Shown here piece by piece: positions 9,430 to 20,415 of a DNA stretch of 64,000 bases. Origin of the DNA: Casimicrobiaceae bacterium (lineage in GTDB: Bacteria > Pseudomonadota > Gammaproteobacteria > Burkholderiales > Casimicrobiaceae); contig DASVFM010000001.1 of assembly GCA_036380055.1 (NCBI GenBank), forward strand, positions 11,126-75,125, read 5' to 3'. Position 1 is the first letter of the stretch. The number at the start of each line of letters is the position of its first letter. The position numbers were made by a program, and so were the translations under genes. Below the pieces are notes generated by a model. The model searched no databases, was not told the origin of the DNA, and saw only the letters and a program-made list of their open reading frames with translations.

Positions 9430-10718
9430 CCTTTCGGGTTCAGGGCGAGCAGGCGCGGGGCGAGCCAGCCCCACAGGCGATCGGTTGCCCCCGCATGGCG
9501 CGCGTGAAAGTCGCGCGCCGCCCGGCCCATCGCTGCGCGCACCGCATCGTCGACAAGGAGCGAAGCAACCGCCTCGATCAGCGCCTGCGCGTCCGCTACG
9601 CGCCGCGCGGCGCCCGCCTCGGTCGCGCCGGCGCTCGCATCGGCGAAGTTGAAGGTGTGCGGTCCGATAAGAACGGGAGTGCCCACGGCGAGCGCCTCGA
9701 TGAAGTTCTGTCCTCCCAGAGGCAGAAGGCTGCCGCCGACAAAGGCAAGATCCGCCGCGGCGTAGTAAGCGGGCATTTCTCCCATCGAATCGCCGAGAAC
9801 AACAGCGACATCGGGACTCGCCGTGCGGTCAGCATCGCTGCGGCGGATGAAAGGGATGCTTCGCGCCTGAAGGAGCTCCGCAACGGCAGCAAAGCGCTGC
9901 GGATGCCGCGGCACGATGACGAGAAGCGTGTCGCTGGGCAGTGGTCGCCTCGCGAGCGCGTCGAGGATGAGCGCCTCCTCACCTTCACGGGTGCTGCCGG
10001 CCACCCAGATCCTGCGACCCGCGCCGAGGCGAAGCCGCAGTGCCGCGGCGCGTTGGGCGGTGTCGTGCGGAACGGTCACGTCGAACTTGAGATTGCCCGT
10101 CACGAGCGGCGTCGGCGCGCCAAGCGCCGACAGGCGCCCGGCGTCGGCTTCCGACTGTGCGGCCACTCCCGCGAGCGCGCCGAGCATCGGTCGCGTGATC
10201 GCGGGAAATCGCGCGTAACGGCTCGCCGATCGCTGCGAGAGTCGCGCATTGACGAGATAAAGGGCAACGCCGCACGACCGTCCTTCGGCGATCAGGTTCG
10301 GCCATAGCTCGGTTTCGAGCAGGAACCCGGCGAGGGGCTTGAAGCGCCGGTAAAACGCGCGCACTGCAAAGGGCAAATCGTAAGGCAGCCAGACTTGTGT
10401 CACCTCGCCGCCGAAGAGCGCCTGCCCGGCCTCTCGTCCCGTCGCGGTCATGTGCGTCATTACGATAGTGGCGCCACTGTGCGCGCCGCGCAGGCGTTGC
10501 ACCAGTGGAGCGGCAGCGCGGGTCTCGCCGACCGACACTGCGTGCACCCAGAATACAGGGCCGGAAGCGGGCACGTCTCTGAGCGCATAGCGGCCGAAGC
10601 GCTCGCCGATGTGCATGCGATAACCCGGCTCGTGGCGCCCCCGCCACCATAGGCGCAACGGCAGCCACGGCAGCACGGCGCAACCGAGCAGCGTGTATAG
10701 CGAGCGCGCCAGACTCAT
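9426..10718 (-). CDS. waaA: 3-deoxy-D-manno-octulosonic acid (Kdo) transferase
   Basis: The translation contains MSLARSLYTLLGCAVLPWLPLRLWWRGR, GERFGRY and the VWVHAVSVGETRAAAPLV motif. The ATG at 10716-10718 overlaps the waaC stop (ATGA). The 649-aa ORF-track version is an artefactual upstream extension. Confidence 0.9.
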   Translation of the reverse strand: MSLARSLYTLLGCAVLPWLPLRLWWRGRHEPGYRMHIGERFGRYALRDVPASGPVFWVHAVSVGETRAAAPLVQRLRGAHSGATIVMTHMTATGREAGQALFGGEVTQVWLPYDLPFAVRAFYRRFKPLAGFLLETELWPNLIAEGRSCGVALYLVNARLSQRSASRYARFPAITRPMLGALAGVAAQSEADAGRLSALGAPTPLVTGNLKFDVTVPHDTAQRAAALRLRLGAGRRIWVAGSTREGEEALILDALARRPLPSDTLLVIVPRHPQRFAAVAELLQARSIPFIRRSDADRTASPDVAVVLGDSMGEMPAYYAAADLAFVGGSLLPLGGQNFIEALAVGTPVLIGPHTFNFADASAGATEAGAARRVADAQALIEAVASLLVDDAVRAAMGRAARDFHARHAGATDRLWGWLAPRLLALNPKG

Positions 10719-11686
10719 CTCGCCACTGCCCGCCGGCCTTGGAGCAGATCGGTCGCGGCGACGACTTCCGCGAGCGCGGGCACGTGGCTCACGCCGCCGA
10801 GGTCGCGCGCGTGAGCTCCCAAGCGTGCCACGCCGGCGAGACGCGGGTCGGTCGCGACGAACAGGGCGATCGTCGGCGCCGAGAGGGCTGCCGCCAGATG
10901 CGTAAGCCCCGTGTCGACGCCGACAACCACCGCAGCGCGGGCCAGCAGCGCGGCGAGCTCGGGCAGCTCGAGCCGGCCGGGGACGATTGCATTGGACGAG
11001 CCCGCCGCGAGCCGCTCGCTGCGTGCGGCCTCGGCAGGGGTCCCCCAAGGCAGCACGACCGACAGCTGGCGCCCGCTCAGATGCTCCAGCAGTCCGCGCC
11101 AGTCCGCCTCGGGCCAAAGCTTGTCGGCGCGGCTCGTTGCATGCACGAATACCGCGTATGGCGCCGGCGGAGGATCGCGCAAGGCAGGCGTACGCAGCTC
11201 GACATGCGGCGGCCCCGCAGGTGCATAGCCGAGGGCCTTGCCGGCGAGCTGCCGGCAGCGGTCGATCAGGTGCTGCTGCGGGTTGATGCGATAGCGGTGC
11301 CGATAGAAGAGTGTGGCCGCCGGCTCGCGCACGCTCGCGCGATCCGGACCATGCACCGGCCCGCGCGCGAACCATGCGATCAAGGCTCCCTTCACCTGCT
11401 CCTGAAGGTCGATCACGGCGTCGTAGCGCTCGTGCGCGAGCTCGCGGCGGAAGGCGCGCATCTCCCCCCAGGTCGAGCGCGCGAGCGCGCCCCGCCGCCA
11501 GCGTCTGAGCGCGATGGCGATGACGCGCCGTACGCCGCAGGTCATGCCCACCAGATCGATGAACGGCTCTTCGACGACCCAGTCGATCTCGACGCCCGGG
11601 CGATGCCGATGCAGATCGTGGACGATCGGCAATGCATGCACGATGTCGCCGAGGGACGACGGGCGCACGACGAGTATGCGATTCAT
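10715..11686 (-). CDS. waaC: Lipopolysaccharide heptosyltransferase I
   Basis: MNRILVVRPSSLGDIVHALPIVHDLHRHRPGVEIDWVVEEPF is the GT9 N-terminal signature. The gene is translationally coupled to waaA. Confidence 0.88.
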   Translation of the reverse strand: MNRILVVRPSSLGDIVHALPIVHDLHRHRPGVEIDWVVEEPFIDLVGMTCGVRRVIAIALRRWRRGALARSTWGEMRAFRRELAHERYDAVIDLQEQVKGALIAWFARGPVHGPDRASVREPAATLFYRHRYRINPQQHLIDRCRQLAGKALGYAPAGPPHVELRTPALRDPPPAPYAVFVHATSRADKLWPEADWRGLLEHLSGRQLSVVLPWGTPAEAARSERLAAGSSNAIVPGRLELPELAALLARAAVVVGVDTGLTHLAAALSAPTIALFVATDPRLAGVARLGAHARDLGGVSHVPALAEVVAATDLLQGRRAVAR

Positions 11687-11838
11687 CGCGCGCTCACGAT
11701 GCCGACGAGTGATCCGCAGGCCCCGCAAGCGCCCGATGGCGGTGGCTCGCAGGGAGGTTTGCACGTAGAATGGCAGCGCCTGCCAGGCGCCGCAGAGGAG
11801 TAAGAACGATTGCCGCGCGCGCTGCCACGTCTGACGCG

Positions 11839-12612
11839 ATGTCCGAGCCGCTCCCCCCGCTTCCGCTGACCCTCGTGGTCATCACCCGCGATGCCGGCGC
11901 GCAACTCCATGACTGCCTGGCCTCGGTGGGTTTCGCGGCGGAGAAGATCGTCGTGGATTCTGGCAGCCACGATGATACCGTAGAAATCGCGCGCCGCATG
12001 GGCGCGCGCGTGTTGAGCCATGAATGGCTCGGCTTCGGAGCGCAGAAGAATTTCGCGGTCGCGCAAGCGACGCACGACTGGGTGCTTTGCCTCGATGCCG
12101 ACGAAGAGGTGTCGTCCGCACTCGAGAGATCGCTGCACGCGGCGCTGCTCCGGCCCGAGCACGGCGCGTATGCGATGGCGCGACGCAATCGATTCCTCGG
12201 CCGCTGGCTCGCCCACGGCGAAGGCTACCCCGACTGGAGCGTGCGCCTGTTCGACCGGCGGCGCGCGCGCTGGAGCGACGACGCCGTGCACGAGCATGTT
12301 CTCGCCGACGGCAGCATCGGCCGCCTCGAGGGCGATCTGCTGCATGCTTCGGGCGAGTCTCTCGATGCCTATCTCGCGAAGCAGAATCGCTACACATCAC
12401 TGCAGGCCGAGGCGATGTATGCGCGTGGCGAGCGCTCTTCCATTGTCCGGCTTGTCTTCTCGCCGCTGCTTCGCTTCGCGCGTTTCTATCTCCTGCGCGC
12501 CGGCTTCCTCGACGGGGCGGCCGGTTTCACCCACATCGCGATCGGCTGCTTCAACAGCTTCTGCAAATACGCAAAGCTGCGCGCGCTCGAGCAGGCGCAG
12601 CGCGTGCGCTGA
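11839..12612 (+). CDS. Family 2 glycosyltransferase (LPS core, WaaE/KdtX-like)
   Basis: LTLVVITRDAGAQLHDCLASVGFAAEKIVVDSGSHDDTVEIA ... CLDADEE carries a DxD motif. The gene is divergent from waaC-waaA. Confidence 0.75.
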   Translation: MSEPLPPLPLTLVVITRDAGAQLHDCLASVGFAAEKIVVDSGSHDDTVEIARRMGARVLSHEWLGFGAQKNFAVAQATHDWVLCLDADEEVSSALERSLHAALLRPEHGAYAMARRNRFLGRWLAHGEGYPDWSVRLFDRRRARWSDDAVHEHVLADGSIGRLEGDLLHASGESLDAYLAKQNRYTSLQAEAMYARGERSSIVRLVFSPLLRFARFYLLRAGFLDGAAGFTHIAIGCFNSFCKYAKLRALEQAQRVR

Positions 12613-12615
12613 GCG

Positions 12616-13608
12616 ATGAAGGTCCTGGTTACCGGTGCGGCAGGCTTCATCGGCATGCATCTCGCCGAGCGGCTCAAGCGCGATGGCATGCAAGTGCTCG
12701 GTGTCGACGATTTCGATCCGTACTACGACGTCGGGCTCAAGCGGGCCCGGGCGGCGCGCCTCGCCGCCGCCGGGGTGGCTTGCGATGATGTGGATCTCGC
12801 CGACGCTTCCGCCGCGCTGGCCGTGCTTCGCAATGGCCGGTTCACGCATGTCGCACACCTCGCGGCGCAGCCAGGCGTGCGCTACTCGCTGGCGAATCCA
12901 GGCGCCTACCTGCGCAACAACATCGAAGCCTTCGGCGCAGTGCTGGAGGGTTGCCGCCATACGGGGGTGAGCCACCTCGTTTACGCTTCGAGCTCGAGCG
13001 TCTATGGAGCGAACCACACGCTACCCTTCTCCGAGGACCAGCGCGTCGACCGCCCGGTGAGTCTGTACGCGGCCACGAAGTTGTCCAACGAGCTGATGGC
13101 CCATAGCTACGGTCATCTCTTCCGGCTGCCGTCGACGGGCCTGCGCTTCTTCACAGTCTACGGTCCATGGGGCAGGCCGGACATGGCGCCCATGCTCTTC
13201 GCGCGCGCGATCCTGGCCGGCGAACCGATCAGCGTCTTCAACCACGGCCGGATGCGTCGCGACTTCACCTACGTCGACGACATCGTCGAAGGCGTCGTGC
13301 GCGTTCTGCAGCGCACGCCGCCCGCGGATCCGCTCAGCGGCGCGCCGTTCGCGATCTACAACATCGGCAATCATCAGGCTGTCGATCTCGAGACTTTCAT
13401 CGCCGAGATGGAGCGACTCCTCGGCCGCAAGGCGATCAAGCGCTATCTGCCGCTGCAGTCCGGCGACGTGCCGGAGACTTACGCCTCGATCGACCGTCTC
13501 GCCACCGCGACCGGGTTCGCGCCGGTGACGCCGCTCGCCGTCGGTCTCGCCCGCTTCGTAGCCTGGTACCGCGAGTATTACGGCGCCGGTACGACCGTGG
13601 TCACGTGA
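12616..13608 (+). CDS. NAD-dependent epimerase (UDP-glucuronate 4-epimerase-like)
   Basis: MKVLVTGAAGFIGMHL is a Rossmann motif and YAATKLSNE is the YxxxK catalytic motif. The length and FDPYYD region are typical of UDP-GlcA 4-epimerases. Confidence 0.75.
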   Translation: MKVLVTGAAGFIGMHLAERLKRDGMQVLGVDDFDPYYDVGLKRARAARLAAAGVACDDVDLADASAALAVLRNGRFTHVAHLAAQPGVRYSLANPGAYLRNNIEAFGAVLEGCRHTGVSHLVYASSSSVYGANHTLPFSEDQRVDRPVSLYAATKLSNELMAHSYGHLFRLPSTGLRFFTVYGPWGRPDMAPMLFARAILAGEPISVFNHGRMRRDFTYVDDIVEGVVRVLQRTPPADPLSGAPFAIYNIGNHQAVDLETFIAEMERLLGRKAIKRYLPLQSGDVPETYASIDRLATATGFAPVTPLAVGLARFVAWYREYYGAGTTVVT

Positions 13609-13659
13609 TAGAATTCGCGCCCTTCGAGAAGACCCGTTGACGATCCGCAGAGATTCGCG

Positions 13660-14730
13660 ATGCTCCTAGTGACTGGCGGGGCCGGCTTTATCGGCGCCAA
13701 CTTCATTCTCGACTGGTTCGCGTCGAGCGACGAGCCCGTCGTAAACCTCGACAAGCTGACGTATGCGGGGAACCTGGGCAACCTCGTCGCGCTGAAGGAC
13801 GATCGACGTCACCTATTCGTCCGGGGCGACATCGGCGACGTCGAGACTGTCCGCGCCCTGCTCGAGCAGCACCGTCCGCGAGCCGTGATCAACTTCGCGG
13901 CGGAGAGCCACGTCGATCGCTCCATACACGGTCCCGCAGAGTTCATCACAACCAACGTGCAGGGGACCTTCGGGTTGCTCGAAGCCGTTCGCTCGCACTG
14001 GAACGGGCTGCGCGAGCCTGAGCAGTCGCGCTTTCGCTTCCTGCACATCTCGACCGACGAGGTCTACGGATCGCTTTCCCCGACCGACGGGCCGTTCACC
14101 GAATCGAGCGCGTACGCGCCGAACAGCCCCTATGCTGCATCGAAGGCCGCAGCCGACCACCTCATTCGCGCGTACCACCACACCTACGGCTTACCAACGC
14201 TGACCACCAACTGCTCGAACAATTATGGGCCGCGGCAGTTTCCGGAGAAGCTCATCCCACTCATGATCCACCACGCGCTGGCAGGCAAGCCGCTGCCGGT
14301 CTACGGTGACGGCAGGAACATCCGCGACTGGCTCTACGTCAGCGATCATTGCGCCGCAGTCCGCGCGGTGCTCGAGCGCGGGCGCCCGGGCGAGGCCTAC
14401 AACGTCGGCGGAAACGCCGAGACCGCGAACATCGACATCGTGCGGATGCTCTGCCGCGTCCTGGCCAGCTTCAGGCCGGGCCGCGAGTACGAAGCGCAGA
14501 TCACGTTCGTCAAAGATCGTCCGGGGCACGATCGCCGCTACGCAATCGACGCCTCGAAGATCAGCCGCGAGCTCGGGTGGAAGCCGGGCGAGAGCCTGGA
14601 GTCCGGATTGACCCGCACTGTGCGCTGGTATCTCGACAACGAAGCATGGCTCGCCGCAGTGACCAGCCGGGAATACCAGAAGTGGATATCGCTTCATTAC
14701 GCCGACGCGGCAACGGCGGGTGCCGCATGA
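13660..14730 (+). CDS. rfbB: dTDP-glucose 4,6-dehydratase
   Basis: The translation contains [36 protein letters not shown] and [10 protein letters not shown]. The gene heads the rfb set. Confidence 0.93.
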   Translation: MLLVTGGAGFIGANFILDWFASSDEPVVNLDKLTYAGNLGNLVALKDDRRHLFVRGDIGDVETVRALLEQHRPRAVINFAAESHVDRSIHGPAEFITTNVQGTFGLLEAVRSHWNGLREPEQSRFRFLHISTDEVYGSLSPTDGPFTESSAYAPNSPYAASKAAADHLIRAYHHTYGLPTLTTNCSNNYGPRQFPEKLIPLMIHHALAGKPLPVYGDGRNIRDWLYVSDHCAAVRAVLERGRPGEAYNVGGNAETANIDIVRMLCRVLASFRPGREYEAQITFVKDRPGHDRRYAIDASKISRELGWKPGESLESGLTRTVRWYLDNEAWLAAVTSREYQKWISLHYADAATAGAA

Positions 14731-14797
14731 GGAAGGCGATACGCGGAGTGAAGTGCCGGTGCCGCTTGAGCTCCGCTGCGGAACGAGAGGCCCCGCG

Positions 14798-15688
14798 ATG
14801 AGCGTGCCGCGCAAGGGGATCATTCTGGCGGGCGGGTCCGGGACGCGGTTGCACCCGGTAACGCAGGTGGTCTCGAAGCAGCTCCTGCCCGTGTACGACA
14901 AGCCGATGATCTACTACCCGCTCTCGACGCTGATGCTCGCGGGTGTGCGCGATATCCTGCTCATCTCCACGCCCGAGGACACGCCGCGCTTCGCGCAGCT
15001 GCTCGGCGACGGATCGCGCTGGGGCATCTGCCTCTCCTATGCGGTGCAACCAGCGCCGGAGGGACTGGCGCACGCGTTCATCATCGGGCGCTCATTCGTC
15101 GGCAAGGCGGACTCGGTGCTCGTTCTGGGCGACAACATCTTCTACGGGCACGATCTCCAGCCGCTCCTGCGGCGCGCGGTGGAGCGTCCGCACGGAGCGA
15201 CCGTTTTCGCCTACCCGGTCGCAGATCCCGAGCGCTACGGCGTCGTCGAGTTCGACTCGCGGGGCAAGGTGATGAGCTTGGAGGAGAAGCCTGCCCAGCC
15301 AAAATCTCGCTACGCGGTCACAGGCCTTTACTTCTACGACAACCGCGTTCTGGAAATCGCAGCGGGGCTGAAGCCTTCGGGACGCGGCGAGCTCGAGATC
15401 ACCGATGTCAATCGGACGTATCTCGCCAGCGGTGCGCTCGCGGTCGAGGTAATGGGGCGCGGGATGGCGTGGCTCGATACCGGCACGCACGAGTCGTTGC
15501 TCGAGGCGGCGCAATACATCGAAACCATCGAACGCCGTCAGGGACTCAAGATAGCGTGCCCGGAGGAAATCGCCTACCGGCTAGGCTACATCGATGCCGC
15601 GGCGCTGGAGAAACTGGGCCAGGCGATGGCGAAGAACGCCTATGGGCGCTACCTGCTCGGGGTCTTGCGCGAGCCCGTCATCCGGTGA
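14798..15688 (+). CDS. rfbA: Glucose-1-phosphate thymidylyltransferase
   Basis: The translation contains [38 protein letters not shown]. The start is ATG 14798. Confidence 0.93.
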   Translation: MSVPRKGIILAGGSGTRLHPVTQVVSKQLLPVYDKPMIYYPLSTLMLAGVRDILLISTPEDTPRFAQLLGDGSRWGICLSYAVQPAPEGLAHAFIIGRSFVGKADSVLVLGDNIFYGHDLQPLLRRAVERPHGATVFAYPVADPERYGVVEFDSRGKVMSLEEKPAQPKSRYAVTGLYFYDNRVLEIAAGLKPSGRGELEITDVNRTYLASGALAVEVMGRGMAWLDTGTHESLLEAAQYIETIERRQGLKIACPEEIAYRLGYIDAAALEKLGQAMAKNAYGRYLLGVLREPVIR

Positions 15689-15694
15689 GGCGAA

Positions 15695-16237
15695 GTGAGG
15701 GTAGTTCCGACCGCTCTGCCGGACGTCCTGCTGATCGAGCCCTCCGTCTTCGGCGACCAGCGGGGGTTTTTCTTCGAGAGCTGGAACCGCCGCGCGTTCA
15801 GCGAAGCCGGCGTGGAAGCCGAATTCGTGCAGGACAATCACTCGCGGTCCGGACACAACGTGCTGCGCGGCTTGCACTATCAGATCGAGCACGCGCAGGG
15901 CAAGCTCGTGCGGGTATGCGCGGGTGCGGTCTTCGATGTCGCCGTAGACATCCGCCGCAGCTCGCCCACCTTCGGCCGCTGGGTGGGGATGGAGCTTTCG
16001 GTCGAGAATAGGCGCATGCTCTGGATCCCGCCCGGCTTCGCCCACGGCTTCCTCGTGGTGTCCGACAGCGCGGAGTTCCTGTACAAGACGACCGACTACT
16101 GGTACCCCGAACACGAGCGCACGCTGCTTTGGAACGAGCCGGCGCTCGCGATCGAATGGCCGCTCGACGGGCCGCCGACTGTCGCGGCGAAGGATGCCGC
16201 CGGTCGGCCACTTGCATCGGCTGATCTCTACCCGTAG
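15695..16237 (+). CDS. rfbC: dTDP-4-dehydrorhamnose 3,5-epimerase
   Basis: The translation contains LPDVLLIEPSVFGDQRGFFFESW and RGLHYQ. The start codon is GTG. Confidence 0.92.
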   Translation: MRVVPTALPDVLLIEPSVFGDQRGFFFESWNRRAFSEAGVEAEFVQDNHSRSGHNVLRGLHYQIEHAQGKLVRVCAGAVFDVAVDIRRSSPTFGRWVGMELSVENRRMLWIPPGFAHGFLVVSDSAEFLYKTTDYWYPEHERTLLWNEPALAIEWPLDGPPTVAAKDAAGRPLASADLYP

Positions 16238-16241
16238 GCCG

Positions 16242-17111
16242 ATGGAGCGGCCGACGATCCTCGTTACCGGCGCGCAGGGGCAGCTCGGATTTGAACTCGC
16301 GCGACTGCTCCCGGCACACGGTGAAGTCACCGCGGTCGACCGCGCTCAGCTCGAGCTAGGCAATCCCGATGCGATCCGGAGCATGCTGCGAGCGCTGCGG
16401 CCGCAATTGATCGTCAACGCGGCCGCCTACACTGCGGTCGATCAGGCCGAGGACGAACCCGAAGCTGCGGAGGCGATCAATGCGCGGGCGCCCGGAGTCA
16501 TCGCTGAAGAGGCGAAGCGACTCGGCGCCCTGCTTGTCCACTATTCAACCGACTACGTCTTCGACGGGACCGCGTCGGTTCCGTATCCGGAGAGTGCAAC
16601 GCCGAATCCAGTGAACGCCTACGGGCGCAGCAAGTGGCTGGGGGAGCAGGCGGTGCTCGCGAGCGGTGCCGCGAGTCTCATCCTGCGCACGAGCTGGGTG
16701 TACGGGCTCCGGGGACGAAATTTTTTGCTGACGATTCGTCGCCTCGCCGTGCAAAACCAGGAGCTAAGGATCGTTGCCGATCAGCTCGGTGTTCCGAACT
16801 GGAGTCACGCAGTGGCTCGGGCCACGACCGCGCTCGTCGGGCTCGGGCTCGACCGGCTGGTCGAGCGCGCCGGGATCTATCACCTGAGCGCGCGAGGCAG
16901 CACGAGCTGGTTCGAGTTCGCACAGGCCATCGTCGGCCCGGTCGACAAGCCGCGCGTCGTCCCGATCAAGACTTCCGAATACCCGACGCCTGCGCGCCGC
17001 CCGGCCTACGCGGTACTCGCGACCGAAAAGCTCGAGCAGGTGTTCGGGCTGTCGCTCGAGCACTGGCGCGAGGCACTTGCCCAGTGCCTCGCGAGTGAGA
17101 ACCCGGGCTAG
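16242..17111 (+). CDS. rfbD: dTDP-4-dehydrorhamnose reductase
   Basis: The translation contains MERPTILVTGAQGQLG, HYSTDYVFDG and YGRSKWLGE. Confidence 0.92.
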   Translation: MERPTILVTGAQGQLGFELARLLPAHGEVTAVDRAQLELGNPDAIRSMLRALRPQLIVNAAAYTAVDQAEDEPEAAEAINARAPGVIAEEAKRLGALLVHYSTDYVFDGTASVPYPESATPNPVNAYGRSKWLGEQAVLASGAASLILRTSWVYGLRGRNFLLTIRRLAVQNQELRIVADQLGVPNWSHAVARATTALVGLGLDRLVERAGIYHLSARGSTSWFEFAQAIVGPVDKPRVVPIKTSEYPTPARRPAYAVLATEKLEQVFGLSLEHWREALAQCLASENPG

Positions 17112-17112
17112 G

Positions 17113-17757
17113 TCAATGCAGCCCGGCGGCGTACTCGGCCACCGCGCGCATCTCCTGGTCGCTCATCCTGCCCGCGACCTGGGCCATGATTCGCCCATTG
17201 AGATCTTTGCCTTCCTTATCCATTCCGCGCTCACCGGTCTTGAATGCCTTGAGCTGCGCGTAGGCGTAGTCGGCGTATTGCCCGGAAAGGCGGGGATAGC
17301 GCGAGGGAATGCCGACGCCTGTTGGTGTGTGGCAGCCGGCGCACGCAGGCACGCCGGTGGCAGTGTTTCCTCCGCGGTAGAGCTTTTGTCCCGCAGCGAC
17401 GAGCGCCGGGTCGTGCGCAGCCCCCGCCTTGGGCAGCTGCTGTGAGAAGTACACGCCGAGCGCTCTCATGTCTTCCGGAGAAAGGCCTGCTGCCATTCCC
17501 GCCATCACAGGATTGCTGCGTACGCCGCTTTTGAAGTGACTGAGCTGCAGCGTAAGATACTCGGCCTGCTGACCGGCCAGATTGGGGTTCGCAGCGGTTG
17601 GACTGTTACCGTCCGCTCCGTGGCAGGCGGCGCACACCGAGTTGACTATCTGTCCGGCTTTGGCGAGGTCGGGCTTGCCGCCCGGCGCCTGGCCCCAGGC
17701 GAGCCCTGCTGAGCAGACAATGCTCCATAACGTGGCCAGCAAAAGCGCAATTCGCAT
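17113..17757 (-). CDS. Dihaem cytochrome c4
   Basis: The signal peptide is MRIALLLATLWSIVCSAGLAWG. Two haem-binding CxxCH motifs are present (CAACH and CAGCH), each followed by a distal Met region. Confidence 0.9.
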   Translation of the reverse strand: MRIALLLATLWSIVCSAGLAWGQAPGGKPDLAKAGQIVNSVCAACHGADGNSPTAANPNLAGQQAEYLTLQLSHFKSGVRSNPVMAGMAAGLSPEDMRALGVYFSQQLPKAGAAHDPALVAAGQKLYRGGNTATGVPACAGCHTPTGVGIPSRYPRLSGQYADYAYAQLKAFKTGERGMDKEGKDLNGRIMAQVAGRMSDQEMRAVAEYAAGLH

Positions 17758-17886
17758 TCCCCGACTCCCTGAAACCGCCCTGAAGGGTTGTTTTCCATTC
17801 GCCGCGCGCTAGCGCTGATCCCGCGAGCGCCGAAACAGGCTGTGCATTCTACCGAAAACGCGCTTCAGGGCGCAGATGAGCCCAAG

Positions 17887-18612
17887 GTGCTTGGCGACTC
17901 GCTCTCCCGGCGGCCCAGCCCATTTGCGGGCGCGGTCTTTCTCACTACCGTCGCAGATTTGACGCAACTTCCCAGCGGAGGCGCGCCGGAAGTCGCGTTT
18001 GCGGGGCGTTCCAACGCAGGCAAATCCTCGGCGATCAACGCGCTCGTCGGGCGGGCAGGTCTGGCCCGAGTGAGTCGCACGCCGGGCCGAACACAGCATT
18101 TGAACTTTTTTCAATTGTCCAAGGGGGCGCTGCTCGTGGACCTCCCGGGCTACGGTTACGCGGCAGCTTCGGAGCAGGCACGGAGGAAGTGGGCACAGCT
18201 CGTGACGCGCTATTTGTCTGCGCGCGCATCGCTCGTCGGCCTCGTTCTCATCGCGGATAGCCGGCACCCACTTACACGGCTCGATCATCAGCTGCTGGAC
18301 TGGTTTCTCCCGTCGAATCTCCCCGTGCATGTCTTACTGACCAAGGCTGACAAATTGATTGCACGGGAGCGAGCGCTCGCCCTCGATCGCGCACGTGAAG
18401 CGCTCGTCCGCTTCCATTCGGATCGCACGCAGCAGCTCTCAGCGCAACTCTTCTCTTCTTCACATCGATGGGGAGTCGCCGAGGCAACGGAGGCGATCGG
18501 CGCATGGCTCGCTCGCATCCGTTGCGACGACACAAAAAGAAAGGCCCCGGCATCAAGGGGAGTGACACGGGGCCGAAAACGCCCTGCGATTGGTGAAGAC
18601 TCACAACCGTAG
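17887..18612 (+). CDS. engB: Ribosome biogenesis GTP-binding protein YihA/YsxC (EngB)
   Basis: EVAFAGRSNAGKSSAINAL is the G1 motif, DLPGYGY is G3 and LLTKADK is G4. The start is uncertain among TTG 17788, GTG 17842 and GTG 17887. I chose 17887 because it leaves room for divergent promoters. The C-terminus is a basic tail. Confidence 0.85.
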   Translation: MLGDSLSRRPSPFAGAVFLTTVADLTQLPSGGAPEVAFAGRSNAGKSSAINALVGRAGLARVSRTPGRTQHLNFFQLSKGALLVDLPGYGYAAASEQARRKWAQLVTRYLSARASLVGLVLIADSRHPLTRLDHQLLDWFLPSNLPVHVLLTKADKLIARERALALDRAREALVRFHSDRTQQLSAQLFSSSHRWGVAEATEAIGAWLARIRCDDTKRKAPASRGVTRGRKRPAIGEDSQP

Positions 18613-18663
18613 GGCACCCGCTCAGGGAGGAAAGCGGGAGACGTTACAACCGTCCGTTAATGA

Positions 18664-19794
<1,131 letters not shown>

Positions 19795-19800
19795 GCCGGC

Positions 19801-20409
19801 CTAGCGCTCCTCCTGCGGAGCAAGAAGACTGCGCAGCTGCGCCAGGTTGAGGCGATCCTCGCCCTCGACGGCTCGCTCTCGCCGCGGACGGTTGCGTCTC
19901 TCCGCAGGCGAAATGATCAGTAGCCGGAGCTCCCCGTGTGGATTCTCGACGCGGAGCTGGACTTGCATGGCCGGGCGGCCTGCGCGGCTTGGCGCTGGAC
20001 CGTACTCGATCCCGGCGTTGATCAGGGCGAGTTCTACTGTTTTCGCGTCCTCGGCCTCGAGCTCAAGAAGAATGGCACTGTGTGCCGTTGCCCAGCCTGC
20101 CGCCACGGCGCCGGTCAGCACCGGCTTCCACTCCGAGAGCCGTTCCATCCATCGCAGGGCATCGAGTCTCTGGGCCCGCAGTCGGGCGGGCTGCTCATCT
20201 TGCCGGAAGAGACTGTTGTAATCGCGCAACGCCTGCTCCACCTCTTCGTTGTCCGGGAGGGCTTCGCGGCCGGGCAGCCCCAGTTCGCGGCAGGCCTTGC
20301 GCTTGGCGGCGTACCAGTCCGTCAGGCCATGCTCGGCGATGAGCCTCGCCGCGGTCTGGGCGATGCGGGAGCGGTTCCGTCGGTAGCGTTCGGGGGTAGG
20401 GCGATCCAC
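19801..20409 (-). CDS. Hypothetical protein (202 aa), co-directional with mrcA and 6 nt downstream of it
   Basis: The start is GTG at 20407-20409. There is no signal peptide or TM segment. I recognise no family motif. The coding-like composition and tight spacing after the mrcA stop (20416) support a real gene. Confidence 0.6.
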   Translation of the reverse strand: MDRPTPERYRRNRSRIAQTAARLIAEHGLTDWYAAKRKACRELGLPGREALPDNEEVEQALRDYNSLFRQDEQPARLRAQRLDALRWMERLSEWKPVLTGAVAAGWATAHSAILLELEAEDAKTVELALINAGIEYGPAPSRAGRPAMQVQLRVENPHGELRLLIISPAERRNRPRRERAVEGEDRLNLAQLRSLLAPQEER

Positions 20410-20415
20410 GGCTCG

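Noticed and set aside
9426-11375. 649-aa version of the waaA ORF, an apparent large N-terminal extension
   Set aside because: The upstream 218 codons run through the waaC coding region in another frame and are Arg/Ala-rich nonsense. The canonical KdtA N-terminus begins at the ATG at 10716-10718, which forms an ATGA overlap with the waaC stop.
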